14,626 nt of DNA from the sequence record PQ561396; one strand, written 5' to 3'. Both the position numbers and the translations under genes were made by a program. The notes beneath the pieces are model-generated. The model had not been told where the DNA came from. It did not search any database and saw nothing but the letters and a program-made list of their open reading frames with translations. This DNA comes from Escherichia phage Ec1-ASingh. The stretch's first letter is position 1. Each line of letters starts with the position of its first letter. Of this stretch, positions 1 through 6,487 are shown piece after piece.

Positions 1-179
1 GCCAAACCATTGTGCTGCAAGAGGCGCGCCAAATACGGCGCAGGTGAAGCCAGTTGCGATAAAGCAGAAGCCGTCGATAGGACCAGGAATAACGGACTTG
101 TGCTGTCGTAGTCCGATTACCCCACCGGCTAGTGCGGCAGCCAGAAGCCAGCCTGTCACTGTTTCGGTAAATTTATCCA
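1..179 (-). CDS. partial CDS (3' end runs off the window): small hydrophobic, probably membrane protein
   Basis: Minus-strand frame open from 179 to the window edge. First start after the in-frame stop (203-201) is TTG at 179-177, preceded by GGAGGA (191-186). Translation (M)DKFTETVTGWLLAAALAGGVIGLRQHKSVIPGPIDGFCFIATGFTCAVFGAPLAAQWFG has two hydrophobic stretches. Not in the ORF track. Confidence 0.3.
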
Positions 180-239
180 AGATGAATCCTCCATGTGCGT
201 ATTAAGTATGCAGTAACTGGAGGATACCACGGGTAGGAA

Positions 240-680
240 TTATCCTAATAGTTGTTTGGTAATAATCTTGCCGCCGGTGTTGGCATCGAACTTAGACGCA
301 ACAGCTACGCCGCCATGTGCTGAATAACCACATTCCATAGCCGCCAGTGCATAAGGAGAGCCGGACCCAACGGCGGCAAAACCGTCTGCAATAGGGATAA
401 CCGAACTAAGTGCGCAATCCCACGATTTATAGAACGCGACTTTATACAACTTTTCTGTGTCTTTCACGAACACCAGGGCTTCGAAATCGAAGTCATAGTG
501 CTTTGCCAGAAGAATACCAGGGCAATCGATAAGCATATCCCCGATCCCTGCATCGCCAGCCACCCCAATAACAACAAATTCGTTCTCGTATATCTTTGTG
601 TCTGTGTTGTAACAGTCACTCCCACACACAACACGGGTATCACAAGCCATTGTCTTTCCGTCAAACGCGATAGTAGTCAT
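240..680 (-). CDS. Ntn-hydrolase, proteasome beta-subunit / HslV-like peptidase homologue (146 aa)
   Basis: ORF track. N-terminus MTTIAFDG puts Thr at position 2, the mature nucleophile position in proteasome beta/HslV. ACDTRVV resembles the GADTR segment, a conserved Lys follows (DTKIY), and GSGSPYALAA matches the GSGS motif. ATGA overlap with the upstream gene at 677-680. Confidence 0.55.
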   Translation of the reverse strand: MTTIAFDGKTMACDTRVVCGSDCYNTDTKIYENEFVVIGVAGDAGIGDMLIDCPGILLAKHYDFDFEALVFVKDTEKLYKVAFYKSWDCALSSVIPIADGFAAVGSGSPYALAAMECGYSAHGGVAVASKFDANTGGKIITKQLLG

Positions 681-970
681 TTATGTCTCCAGATGTATTG
701 CCGTCTCTGTGGTTTCGTCGGAATATCATCATACCCCAGCGATTTCCAGTAATTAAATAGCCGATTAGCGATTGCTGCGCGTTCCTTTGTCTTGAACTCA
801 CCGAGATTCACGGCATTCCCGTTCTGGAATCCACAGGCACGCACAGCTTTGCGTCTGGCCTGAATCTCAGGGTACAGCGCGTTACGGCGGCGCTTGTGTA
901 TTCGTGTATTCGCTCTCGGCGACAGCGGCGCAAGGCCGCTTCGTTTCAGGATGTCAGTTGCGAGGCTCAT
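677..970 (-). CDS. hypothetical protein (97 aa, basic)
   Basis: ORF track frame 677..1015, start moved to ATG at 970-968, which overlaps the TGA stop (969-967) of the upstream gene (ATGA coupling). Begins MSLATDILKRSG. Confidence 0.5.
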   Translation of the reverse strand: MSLATDILKRSGLAPLSPRANTRIHKRRRNALYPEIQARRKAVRACGFQNGNAVNLGEFKTKERAAIANRLFNYWKSLGYDDIPTKPQRRQYIWRHK

Positions 971-1161
971 ATTCCGAGAATCTCGCGGGCCATTTCTTCT
1001 GTAACTTTCGAACAAGGTGCGTACATTACCTGTTCGGCGAATTCACGTAACTTTGCTTCAAGTTTCAGATAAGCGTCGTATTCTACATAATCGCCGTATG
1101 CGTACTCAGCCATCTCAGGCTCTGGCAGGCCCCATTTTTCCACCTCATACCTCTGTACCAT
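967..1161 (-). CDS. hypothetical protein (64 aa, acidic)
   Basis: ORF track frame 967..1182, start moved to ATG at 1161-1159, preceded by AGGAG with 7-nt spacing and sitting just after the stop (1165-1163) of the upstream gene. Begins MVQRYEVEKWGL. Confidence 0.5.
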   Translation of the reverse strand: MVQRYEVEKWGLPEPEMAEYAYGDYVEYDAYLKLEAKLREFAEQVMYAPCSKVTEEMAREILGI

Positions 1162-1162
1162 G

Positions 1163-1366
1163 TTATTTCTCCTGTTTACCAAGTCGCTTAGGGGAGCAGA
1201 TGGCGCGTACCTCTGAATCGTTGGGCTTGTCGCCCTGAAACAGGAAGTGCGCGTTCTCCGCGGCGCGTGCCGCTGACTGGCACGCCTCCATCGAATAAAA
1301 CGTTTCTGATGCCGCTAGTTGCATCTGGCCTGCGGACAATACCCAGATAAATAAGATGCTGGTCAT
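1163..1366 (-). CDS. hypothetical small protein with N-terminal hydrophobic signal/anchor segment (67 aa)
   Basis: ORF track. ATG 1366-1364 overlaps the TGA (1365-1363) of the upstream gene. N-terminus MTSILFIWVLSAGQMQLAAS is signal-peptide-like; two Cys in the remainder. Confidence 0.45.
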   Translation of the reverse strand: MTSILFIWVLSAGQMQLAASETFYSMEACQSAARAAENAHFLFQGDKPNDSEVRAICSPKRLGKQEK

Positions 1367-1842
1367 GGCTTACGCACTCTGCAATTAAAGCAAACGAAGC
1401 CACTTTTGTGTTTACTATATAACCAATTGTGCTCGCATTCCTGTGTGTCAATCTTGTATTCCACTATGTCTGCGTATGTTCCATCCCAAATCCACGACCG
1501 CTTTTCTGCTGCTACACTGTGTTTCAGCTCCTCCCCGTTGCGATACCGGATAAATACCATAGTCCCATCCGGCACAGGTTGTCGTGCACCATAATGCGGC
1601 CTCCAGGCGTTGTACTGAGTATCTTCCTTACGGCAACCAGATTGCTCCGCTGCTATATAAGCGCCTACGTCGCCTGTAGCTGTAGCCAACGCCTTATGCA
1701 ACTCCTTAATATGTTCTGACGCATCACGTAACTGATTCTTGAGTGACAACACCTCGTGCGCCAGGTCTTCGCACTGGTTGCCATTTACCTGCTGCCGTAA
1801 CTGGCCAATCAGGTATTCGAATACTTCGTTTTTGTTACTCAT
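1363..1842 (-). CDS. hypothetical protein (159 aa)
   Basis: ORF track frame 1363..1848 begins with TTG; the first ATG is at 1842-1840. Coiled-coil-like N-terminal half, Trp/Cys-rich C-terminal half. Confidence 0.55.
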   Translation of the reverse strand: MSNKNEVFEYLIGQLRQQVNGNQCEDLAHEVLSLKNQLRDASEHIKELHKALATATGDVGAYIAAEQSGCRKEDTQYNAWRPHYGARQPVPDGTMVFIRYRNGEELKHSVAAEKRSWIWDGTYADIVEYKIDTQECEHNWLYSKHKSGFVCFNCRVRKP

Positions 1843-1975
1843 CCTCAACCCCCATTTTTATCGCTTTAGTGTCACCGTCGCACACCGAAGTGCTACCCAT
1901 TATTTTGTAAGCAGCTACCAGTGCGCCTAATGTCCAGGAACCATACCAGTCGTACCAATCTGCTGCAGGAATCAT
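1835..1975 (-). CDS. small ORF (45 aa), first gene of the leftward operon; not in the ORF track
   Basis: Hand translation: ATG at 1975-1973, GAGGAG 9 nt upstream (revcomp of 1985-1990), stop TAA at 1837-1835. Product MIPAADWYDWYGSWTLGALVAAYKIMGSTSVCDGDTKAIKMGVEDE. Sits directly downstream of the promoter at 2007-2035. Confidence 0.3.
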   Translation of the reverse strand: MIPAADWYDWYGSWTLGALVAAYKIMGSTSVCDGDTKAIKMGVEDE

Positions 1976-2006
1976 ATTCCGTCTCTCCTCTCGTTTGTGT
2001 AAATGA

Positions 2007-2035
2007 ATAGTAGCCTATTCTATCTCAGTGTGCAA
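2007..2035 (-). promoter_or_regulatory. sigma70-like promoter (minus strand) with embedded palindromic operator GAATAG-TAGC-CTATTC (2005-2020)
   Basis: Read on the minus strand: TTGCAC (2035-2030), 17-nt spacer, TACTAT (2012-2007). The -10 hexamer lies inside one half-site of the perfect 6-4-6 palindrome. RBS and ATG at 1975 follow. Confidence 0.5.
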
Positions 2036-2056
2036 GTAAATTTTATTGGTATTTGT

Positions 2057-2074
2057 ATTGTTGCATCTCCCGCA
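2057..2074. promoter_or_regulatory. variant palindrome CAATAG-N6-CTATTG (related half-sites, different spacing)
   Basis: caatagtcgcttctattg lies between the terminator at 2111-2150 and the promoter at 2007-2035. Same AATAG/CTATT half-sites as the operator family but with a 6-nt spacer. Confidence 0.25.
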
Positions 2075-2110
2075 ATAGTCGCTTCTATTGTTGCGTTTGG
2101 TGAAATAGAA

Positions 2111-2150
2111 CAAAAATGAGAAAAATGATACGCTGCTACACAGCAGCGTA
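2111..2150 (-). terminator. rho-independent terminator for the upstream leftward operon
   Basis: 9-bp stem 2129-2137 / 2142-2150 with loop ACAC. On the minus strand it is followed by a U-rich tract (revcomp of 2111-2128 = TCATTTTTCTCATTTTTG). Confidence 0.6.
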
Positions 2151-2162
2151 AGTCACTAAGCC

Positions 2163-2178
2163 AAATAGTAACCTATTG
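2163..2178. promoter_or_regulatory. operator-family palindrome AAATAG-TAAC-CTATTG without a convincing -35
   Basis: Same 6-4-6 architecture as the promoter-embedded operators. On the minus strand it supplies TACTAT, but the -35 position reads GGTGGT. Lies at the 3' end of the 53-aa ORF, upstream of the terminator. Confidence 0.3.
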
Positions 2179-2334
2179 ACCTGTTACACCACCTGTTACA
2201 CCAGCACGAGCCAGCACACCAGCTTTCCACGCCCGCCACGCGAGACGCGTCTTAACGTTCAGGTACTCTTTCTTCGAACCCTTGTTAACCGGCAGACCCT
2301 CGACGACGGCCCACCGTTCGAATGCTTCTCTCAT
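2173..2334 (-). CDS. small ORF (53 aa); not in the ORF track
   Basis: Hand translation: ATG 2334-2332 preceded by GAGGA (7-nt spacing), stop TAG 2175-2173. Product MREAFERWAVVEGLPVNKGSKKEYLNVKTRLAWRAWKAGVLARAGVTGGVTGQ. Fills the gap between the gene at 2338 and the terminator. Confidence 0.3.
   Translation of the reverse strand: MREAFERWAVVEGLPVNKGSKKEYLNVKTRLAWRAWKAGVLARAGVTGGVTGQ
2180..2203. repeat. perfect 12-bp tandem direct repeat (cctgttacacca x2)
   Basis: Positions 2180-2191 and 2192-2203 are identical. In frame within the 53-aa minus-strand ORF, encoding GVTGGVTG. Confidence 0.6.
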
Positions 2335-2337
2335 ATA

Positions 2338-2529
2338 CTAGTCCTCATCATCTTCTAAGTCGGGGTACACTATGAAATCGCCAAGCCTTTGCAGCTCCAC
2401 ACCAGCCATAAAATAACCAAGTGCTTCGGCTCTTTCGGAATCGGTTTTAAACTCAGACAGAGGATATCTTTCGTAGAACTTGTTAATTAATAACGCCTGG
2501 TCAAACTTAGTCGCATCATAATTATTCAT
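2338..2529 (-). CDS. hypothetical protein (63 aa) with acidic C-terminal tail
   Basis: ORF track frame 2338..2577, start moved to ATG 2529-2527 (GGAG 9 nt upstream), which overlaps the stop of the upstream gene (2524-2522). C-terminus YPDLEDDED. Confidence 0.5.
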   Translation of the reverse strand: MNNYDATKFDQALLINKFYERYPLSEFKTDSERAEALGYFMAGVELQRLGDFIVYPDLEDDED

Positions 2530-2731
2530 AACTAATAACTCCGATAACTTTAGATTCCTCGCACCGGGTGCAACCATGTTCTATGCAGTAGCGCGCCTGC
2601 TTGACGCTTTCGCAACGGGTCAGAGTAACCCACCAGAAAAAGCCAACGCGAACCTGCACGGCAGGTGTAATTCGTTTCTCACCGAAGGCGGTAACCCACT
2701 CCTCGCTAACTATGCGGTATTTACTTAACAC
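2522..2731 (-). CDS. hypothetical Cys4 zinc-ribbon-like small protein (about 69 aa)
   Basis: ORF track frame 2522..2791. The longest form would overlap the upstream gene by 70 nt. GTG at 2731-2729 has GGGAGG 5 nt upstream; ATG at 2767/2764 has no RBS. C-terminal Cys spacing C-x7-C-x4-C-x2-C (TRCESVKQARYCIEHGCTRCEE). Confidence 0.4.
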   Translation of the reverse strand: MLSKYRIVSEEWVTAFGEKRITPAVQVRVGFFWWVTLTRCESVKQARYCIEHGCTRCEESKVIGVISYE

Positions 2732-2927
2732 GGCAACCTCCCTCAGAGTCGTCGGCGCGAGCATCATGATTCGATGCCGTTCGGAGCGCACGTAAAACTT
2801 TCAGCAATAGCTCACATGTCCCGGAAGAAATAGTCGGGCCGTCTAATAAAATAACTTCGTATCTGTTTACCTGGAAATGCACTTTCTCCAGTTTATGATG
2901 TTTCAGTTCTTCAAATAATTCTTCCAT
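2721..2927 (-). CDS. hypothetical protein (68 aa)
   Basis: ORF track. ATG 2927-2925 overlaps the TGA (2929-2927) of the upstream gene; AGGGG 7 nt upstream. Confidence 0.5.
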   Translation of the reverse strand: MEELFEELKHHKLEKVHFQVNRYEVILLDGPTISSGTCELLLKVLRALRTASNHDARADDSEGGCRVK

Positions 2928-3109
2928 CACTTCGCCCCTTTGAATTTAAAATTGTTGCCGATGAGTTTCATATCCTGCGCGTATAACACGGTGAGATAGG
3001 ACCCCGTTAAAGATTCAGCAAAATAGATATTATTTTCTCTATGAAATGTGAAGATAACCGCTAACTCTCCAGTCTCTAAAATTTTCACCAACTGACCCTT
3101 CTTAAACAT
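2927..3109 (-). CDS. hypothetical protein (60 aa), first gene of the second leftward operon
   Basis: ORF track frame 2927..3118 begins with GTG; ATG at 3109-3107 has AGGAG 8 nt upstream. Begins MFKKGQLVKIL. Confidence 0.5.
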   Translation of the reverse strand: MFKKGQLVKILETGELAVIFTFHRENNIYFAESLTGSYLTVLYAQDMKLIGNNFKFKGAK

Positions 3110-3143
3110 AACCCTCACTCCTCTGTCTCGTTTCGATAAGTGA

Positions 3144-3172
3144 ATAGTATCCTATTATGTTGGGGTGTGCAA
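3144..3172 (-). promoter_or_regulatory. sigma70-like promoter (minus strand) with embedded operator GAATAG-TATC-CTATTA (3142-3157)
   Basis: Minus strand: TTGCAC (3172-3167), 17-nt spacer, TACTAT (3149-3144). Identical architecture to the promoter at 2007-2035. An extra GAATAG half-site at 3175-3180. Confidence 0.5.
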
Positions 3173-3214
3173 GAGAATAGTTACGCTGCCGTTGTGATTC
3201 TTTCGTTTCTTTAA

Positions 3215-3269
3215 AGAGTACGCAACGCAGTGGGTGGGCGTCAGCCCACCCCAGCGGAGTGAAGTACTC
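3215..3269. other. nested inverted repeats in a 430-bp non-coding region: perfect 8-bp GC hairpin inside a 7-bp outer inverted repeat
   Basis: Inner GGGTGGGC (3232-3239), loop GTCA, GCCCACCC (3244-3251). Outer AGAGTAC (3215-3221) and GTACTCT (3263-3269). No U-tract on either strand, so not a canonical intrinsic terminator. Confidence 0.5.
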
Positions 3270-3528
3270 TCTACCCTGCTTACGGCAACTATAGAAACTT
3301 TTAATTATCAGTGACTTGGGTATTTAGGTAGGATTAACAATAGACTTTGGCCCTTCCGAAAGCGCCAGCGGAACTACACTCAAGTGCTAAAGCACGCGTT
3401 GCGTTCCCTGCCGCTCCGCGGTCGCTTGCTCATACTTCACAAGCTCAGGTGGAGCTTATCATATTTTTAAGTAAAAGTCAATATCAGTAGCATCTTTTGT
3501 ATCTTAGTAACTTTGTGTGATGTTTTGG

Positions 3529-3557
3529 TTGCTTTTACATTCCCGCTATCCTATACT
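3529..3557 (+). promoter_or_regulatory. candidate sigma70 promoter for the rightward AlpA-like gene; no operator palindrome
   Basis: TTGCTT (3529-3534), 17-nt spacer, TATACT (3552-3557). AGGAG at 3576-3580 and ATG at 3589 follow. Confidence 0.35.
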
Positions 3558-3588
3558 CGTTTTCACCAAACAAACAGGAGATATAAAA

Positions 3589-3771
3589 ATGCAGCATTAC
3601 ATGACACAGAATGAAGTAGCTGAACGTATCGGGGTGACACGTCAGACAATTAATAACTGGTTGCGCAGCGGTAAATTCCCAGATTGCTGTATTAAGGTTA
3701 TGGGTCGCCGTTTACCTGGGACATTTGACCGTAATAAAGTTGAGGCGTGGATTAAGGAGAACGTGAAATGA
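3589..3771 (+). CDS. AlpA/excisionase-like HTH DNA-binding regulator (60 aa)
   Basis: ORF track frame 3517..3771, start moved to ATG 3589 (AGGAG 8 nt upstream). MTQNEVAERIGVTRQTINNWLRSGKFP matches the AlpA/Xis-type helix-turn-helix pattern. Confidence 0.7.
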   Translation: MQHYMTQNEVAERIGVTRQTINNWLRSGKFPDCCIKVMGRRLPGTFDRNKVEAWIKENVK

Positions 3772-4058
3772 AAGGTGTAATTTTCCACGATAAAGAAAAT
3801 GACAGTGCTTATATGGTTTATTTAGTGCAAGGCGAGTACGCGTTGTGCTTTAACGTTTCTTGTAAGCTGGACTCTTATTCACCGTTTTGCGTTACAGACG
3901 AATTGCAGTTGATTAGTCTCCGAAGACTCAGCGCAATGACGGCTTCCATAGACGTATCTGACCACTTAACGTACGTTTATCATTATTTCGGTTATGAGTT
4001 GGTTGCGGATTATTTTGAAGAGTATAAAAATTTGCTGGGTGAGTTAGCAAACCGGTAA
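3768..4058 (+). CDS. hypothetical protein (96 aa)
   Basis: ORF track. ATGA overlap with the AlpA-like gene (ATG 3768-3770, TGA 3769-3771). Confidence 0.6.
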   Translation: MKGVIFHDKENDSAYMVYLVQGEYALCFNVSCKLDSYSPFCVTDELQLISLRRLSAMTASIDVSDHLTYVYHYFGYELVADYFEEYKNLLGELANR

Positions 4059-4063
4059 AAAGA

Positions 4064-4089
4064 AACCCCAACGCCAGAACGTCGGGGTT
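4064..4089 (+). other. imperfect 10-bp hairpin just after the stop of the 96-aa gene (weak terminator or RNA-stability element)
   Basis: AACCCCAACG (4064-4073), 6-nt loop, CGTCGGGGTT (4080-4089), one mismatch. Only UU follows on the plus strand. Confidence 0.3.
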
Positions 4090-4127
4090 AAAGTACAAAT
4101 CATCAAAGTAAGCATAAGGATTATACA

Positions 4128-4256
4128 ATGACAAAGTTAATAGTTCCACAGCTACGCCGCCAGAAACACGGCGCTGATTTCTTCGCACCGGTAAAGATGA
4201 ACCGCGCAATGCGCCGTATGCAGGAAGCCTTAGAACGTGCGGAGAAAAAGAAATGA
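4128..4256 (+). CDS. small basic ORF (42 aa); not in the ORF track
   Basis: Hand translation: ATG 4128 with AAGGA 7 nt upstream; stop TGA 4254-4256 overlaps the primase ATG at 4253 (ATGA). Product MTKLIVPQLRRQKHGADFFAPVKMNRAMRRMQEALERAEKKK. Confidence 0.35.
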   Translation: MTKLIVPQLRRQKHGADFFAPVKMNRAMRRMQEALERAEKKK

Positions 4257-6487
4257 ATATTGTTTTTGCAACGCTGCGTAACACATTCGATAAAAACCCT
4301 GTAGCACGTGAAATGCCGCTGGAGCAGTTCGTAGAGTATGTCTGCGATACATCGAAGCGTTTATCCGTGGACCCGTCATGGACTAAGGAAGAGTACGACG
4401 CCGCCAAGATTAAACAGAAAGCTATTGCACCTGTTGGTGGTCGCCGTAAAAACGCTATCCTGGAAGACAGTGTGGTTAAGTTCGACTTCGACCATCTCAA
4501 CCGTACTCAGTACCGCGACCTTACCCGCAAATTCAAGAACGCGCCATTCTTCAATATTCTGCACACAACGGCGTCGCACCAGCACGCGTGTAAAAACGGG
4601 GATTACGCCTTCCGCGTTCTGGTTCCGGCTCGCACGCCGTTTAACTCTAACGACGCGTGGATGGTGCAACGAGCTATTTGTGCAGAGTTAGAAATAGACG
4701 AAGCCTTGCGTGACCACTGCACAGAAGACGGCAACCGCCTTATCTACCTACCGCATAAAGAGTCGAAGATAACGGTTACAGAAGGTCGTGTTATCCGTGC
4801 CGAGCGGTACATCAAGAAAGCCGAAGAGATGGGGTTGTGTAAACGCGAAGCTAAGACACTTGCCGCCGATGAGCATGGGCTTAACGCTGATATAGCGCAT
4901 TTCTGCGAAGCCGAGCTTGGTCTTGACGCTTTATCTTCCGGGCGCGGGTACGAAGTGCCATGCCCTAACGAACATCTGCATACAGGCAAAGGCTCCACCA
5001 GCATCATGCTTGATGGTAAAGAAGTTCGCTTCGTGTGTCAGCACACAAACAACGGCGCTTGCACTGAGCTTAACCGCCGACAACATTTGGCCCTGCGTAT
5101 GTGCGGCCTTCCGGACGAGCTTAACGTAGACAAGCAACCTATCAGTATTAACAGCATTCGTGCGGCTCTGCCTGATTTACCAGATGAAGAGATTGAAGAA
5201 CTGCACCGCACCGAGAACGAGGATCCTGTAACTTGCAGCCTGGAAGACCTTGAAGAAGAGGACGAGTTACCAGAACCGGTAAAGGCTGATTTCGTCGTTG
5301 AAGGGTACATGCCATCAGATTGTATATGGGATATTGTCGGGGAATCTGGCACGTACAAATCATTCTATACGCTGGGGATGATGTATCTCAGCGCCGCCGG
5401 ATACCGGTTTGCGGGGGCGGACACCCAGCGTTGCCACCATTTTTATATCGACGGTGAAGGCGGTGCAGCTACACGCACACGTATTGATGCACTCGCGGCT
5501 AAATATGGCGCGGAAGGTAAAGATTATGTACATGTCATCGATATGGGAGAAGTCGGCAAACTGAAAAGCCTGATTAAGTTAATGCGCGAAACTGCTGGCG
5601 ACGAGCCAATTGGGATGGTCGCGTTCGACACCCTCAACCAGACGCTGGCCCTTACGATTGATAAGTTCGACGAGAACAGTTCCTCGACGGCAATCGGCAT
5701 GGGTAAAGTTATCGCCATCCTGAAAGAAGTACGCGATGCGACTAAAGCCGCGGTAGGCGTCGTCCACCATACACCGAAGGGTGGCAAGAAAGCCCGTGGC
5801 AGCGGCGCTCTGTATGCAGGCGTTGATGTGGAACTGACAATCGAACGTGCCACCGACCGTCAGATAAACGTATATCACTCTAAATTTAAGCACGGGCCGC
5901 AGCAGAAAACGGTTGGCATGGTGCTGGAGTCGGTACAGTTCCGTGAAGCACCACCGCCGAAAGAGTACCGCGCTGTTGAATTCCTTGGCAGCACAGAGGA
6001 ATACGGCACAATCGTAAACCTGGACCTGCCTGAGCCGCACAAGGCACTTGTGCTGATGCCGTGGGGGTTCGAACCGTTCAAGACCGACGAGGAGAAAGAG
6101 CGTGAAGAAGGGATGGCAAAGGAAGGTAAAGAAAATGTACGTAAAACCGTAGAGAACGCCGTCAACAGTTCGGAAGCCACGATACTCGCGGCGTTTGAAC
6201 TGGCGGAAGGAACCTACAACGGCAACGAAGGCATCACGGTAGCCGCAGCGAATAAGCTCGCACAGTCCGACCCTAACGCAAAGGCGTTCAACTCCAAAGA
6301 AGCCATAGAACGCGGGAAGATTAAGAAAATGGTTGAGGCCGGGTATCTTGTGCCTGGTACTGACGAAAATAATCAGATAATCCCTGGTCGCTACAGGCTT
6401 AACACCAGGATAACGGATAACAAAATTCCTAAGACAATATACGAACCGAATGAGATGCTGATAGTGACAGAGGAAGATTTGGAGTAG
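4253..6487 (+). CDS. replication protein, putative primase/helicase: N-terminal Cys/His-cluster domain, acidic linker, C-terminal RecA-like ATPase (744 aa)
   Basis: ORF track. C-terminal half has a P-loop-like GESGTYKS, Walker-B-like MVAFDT, VVHHTPKGG and RGSGALYAGVD, a pattern typical of RepA/AAA_25-type replicative ATPases. N-terminal half has CPNEHLH...CQHTNNGAC. The C-terminal assignment is stronger than the N-terminal one. Confidence 0.8.
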   Translation: MNIVFATLRNTFDKNPVAREMPLEQFVEYVCDTSKRLSVDPSWTKEEYDAAKIKQKAIAPVGGRRKNAILEDSVVKFDFDHLNRTQYRDLTRKFKNAPFFNILHTTASHQHACKNGDYAFRVLVPARTPFNSNDAWMVQRAICAELEIDEALRDHCTEDGNRLIYLPHKESKITVTEGRVIRAERYIKKAEEMGLCKREAKTLAADEHGLNADIAHFCEAELGLDALSSGRGYEVPCPNEHLHTGKGSTSIMLDGKEVRFVCQHTNNGACTELNRRQHLALRMCGLPDELNVDKQPISINSIRAALPDLPDEEIEELHRTENEDPVTCSLEDLEEEDELPEPVKADFVVEGYMPSDCIWDIVGESGTYKSFYTLGMMYLSAAGYRFAGADTQRCHHFYIDGEGGAATRTRIDALAAKYGAEGKDYVHVIDMGEVGKLKSLIKLMRETAGDEPIGMVAFDTLNQTLALTIDKFDENSSSTAIGMGKVIAILKEVRDATKAAVGVVHHTPKGGKKARGSGALYAGVDVELTIERATDRQINVYHSKFKHGPQQKTVGMVLESVQFREAPPPKEYRAVEFLGSTEEYGTIVNLDLPEPHKALVLMPWGFEPFKTDEEKEREEGMAKEGKENVRKTVENAVNSSEATILAAFELAEGTYNGNEGITVAAANKLAQSDPNAKAFNSKEAIERGKIKKMVEAGYLVPGTDENNQIIPGRYRLNTRITDNKIPKTIYEPNEMLIVTEEDLE

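Noticed and set aside
464-2358. Plus-strand ORFs in the left third (498..752, 1017..1238, 1406..1594, 1429..1719, 1739..1930, 2176..2358)
   Set aside because: All are antisense to the coupled minus-strand gene chain, lack RBSs and give Cys/Ser/Leu-rich products. The minus-strand genes have consistent start/stop coupling and promoters.
3229-3252. Reading the 8-bp GC hairpin as an intrinsic terminator
   Set aside because: No U-tract follows on either strand and it lies upstream of, not downstream from, the nearest transcription units. Kept as an unexplained structured element instead.
3928-4500. 190-aa minus-strand ORF from the track
   Set aside because: Antisense to three consecutive rightward genes (3768..4058, 4128..4256 and the primase 5' end), no RBS, low-complexity Ser/Leu/Arg-rich product. 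Consistent with a chance open frame.
6061-6078. tRNA T-arm-like string GGGGGTTCGAACCG
   Set aside because: No complementary acceptor or T-stem partner and no cloverleaf can be drawn. It lies in frame inside the primase gene. No tRNA is called anywhere in the window.
4338-6180. Many overlapping ORFs on both strands inside the primase/helicase gene (for example 4376..4669, 5038..5358, 5579..6040, 5875..6180)
   Set aside because: Nested within a 744-aa gene that has clear ATPase motifs. The products are low-complexity, as expected for alternative frames of a GC-balanced coding region.
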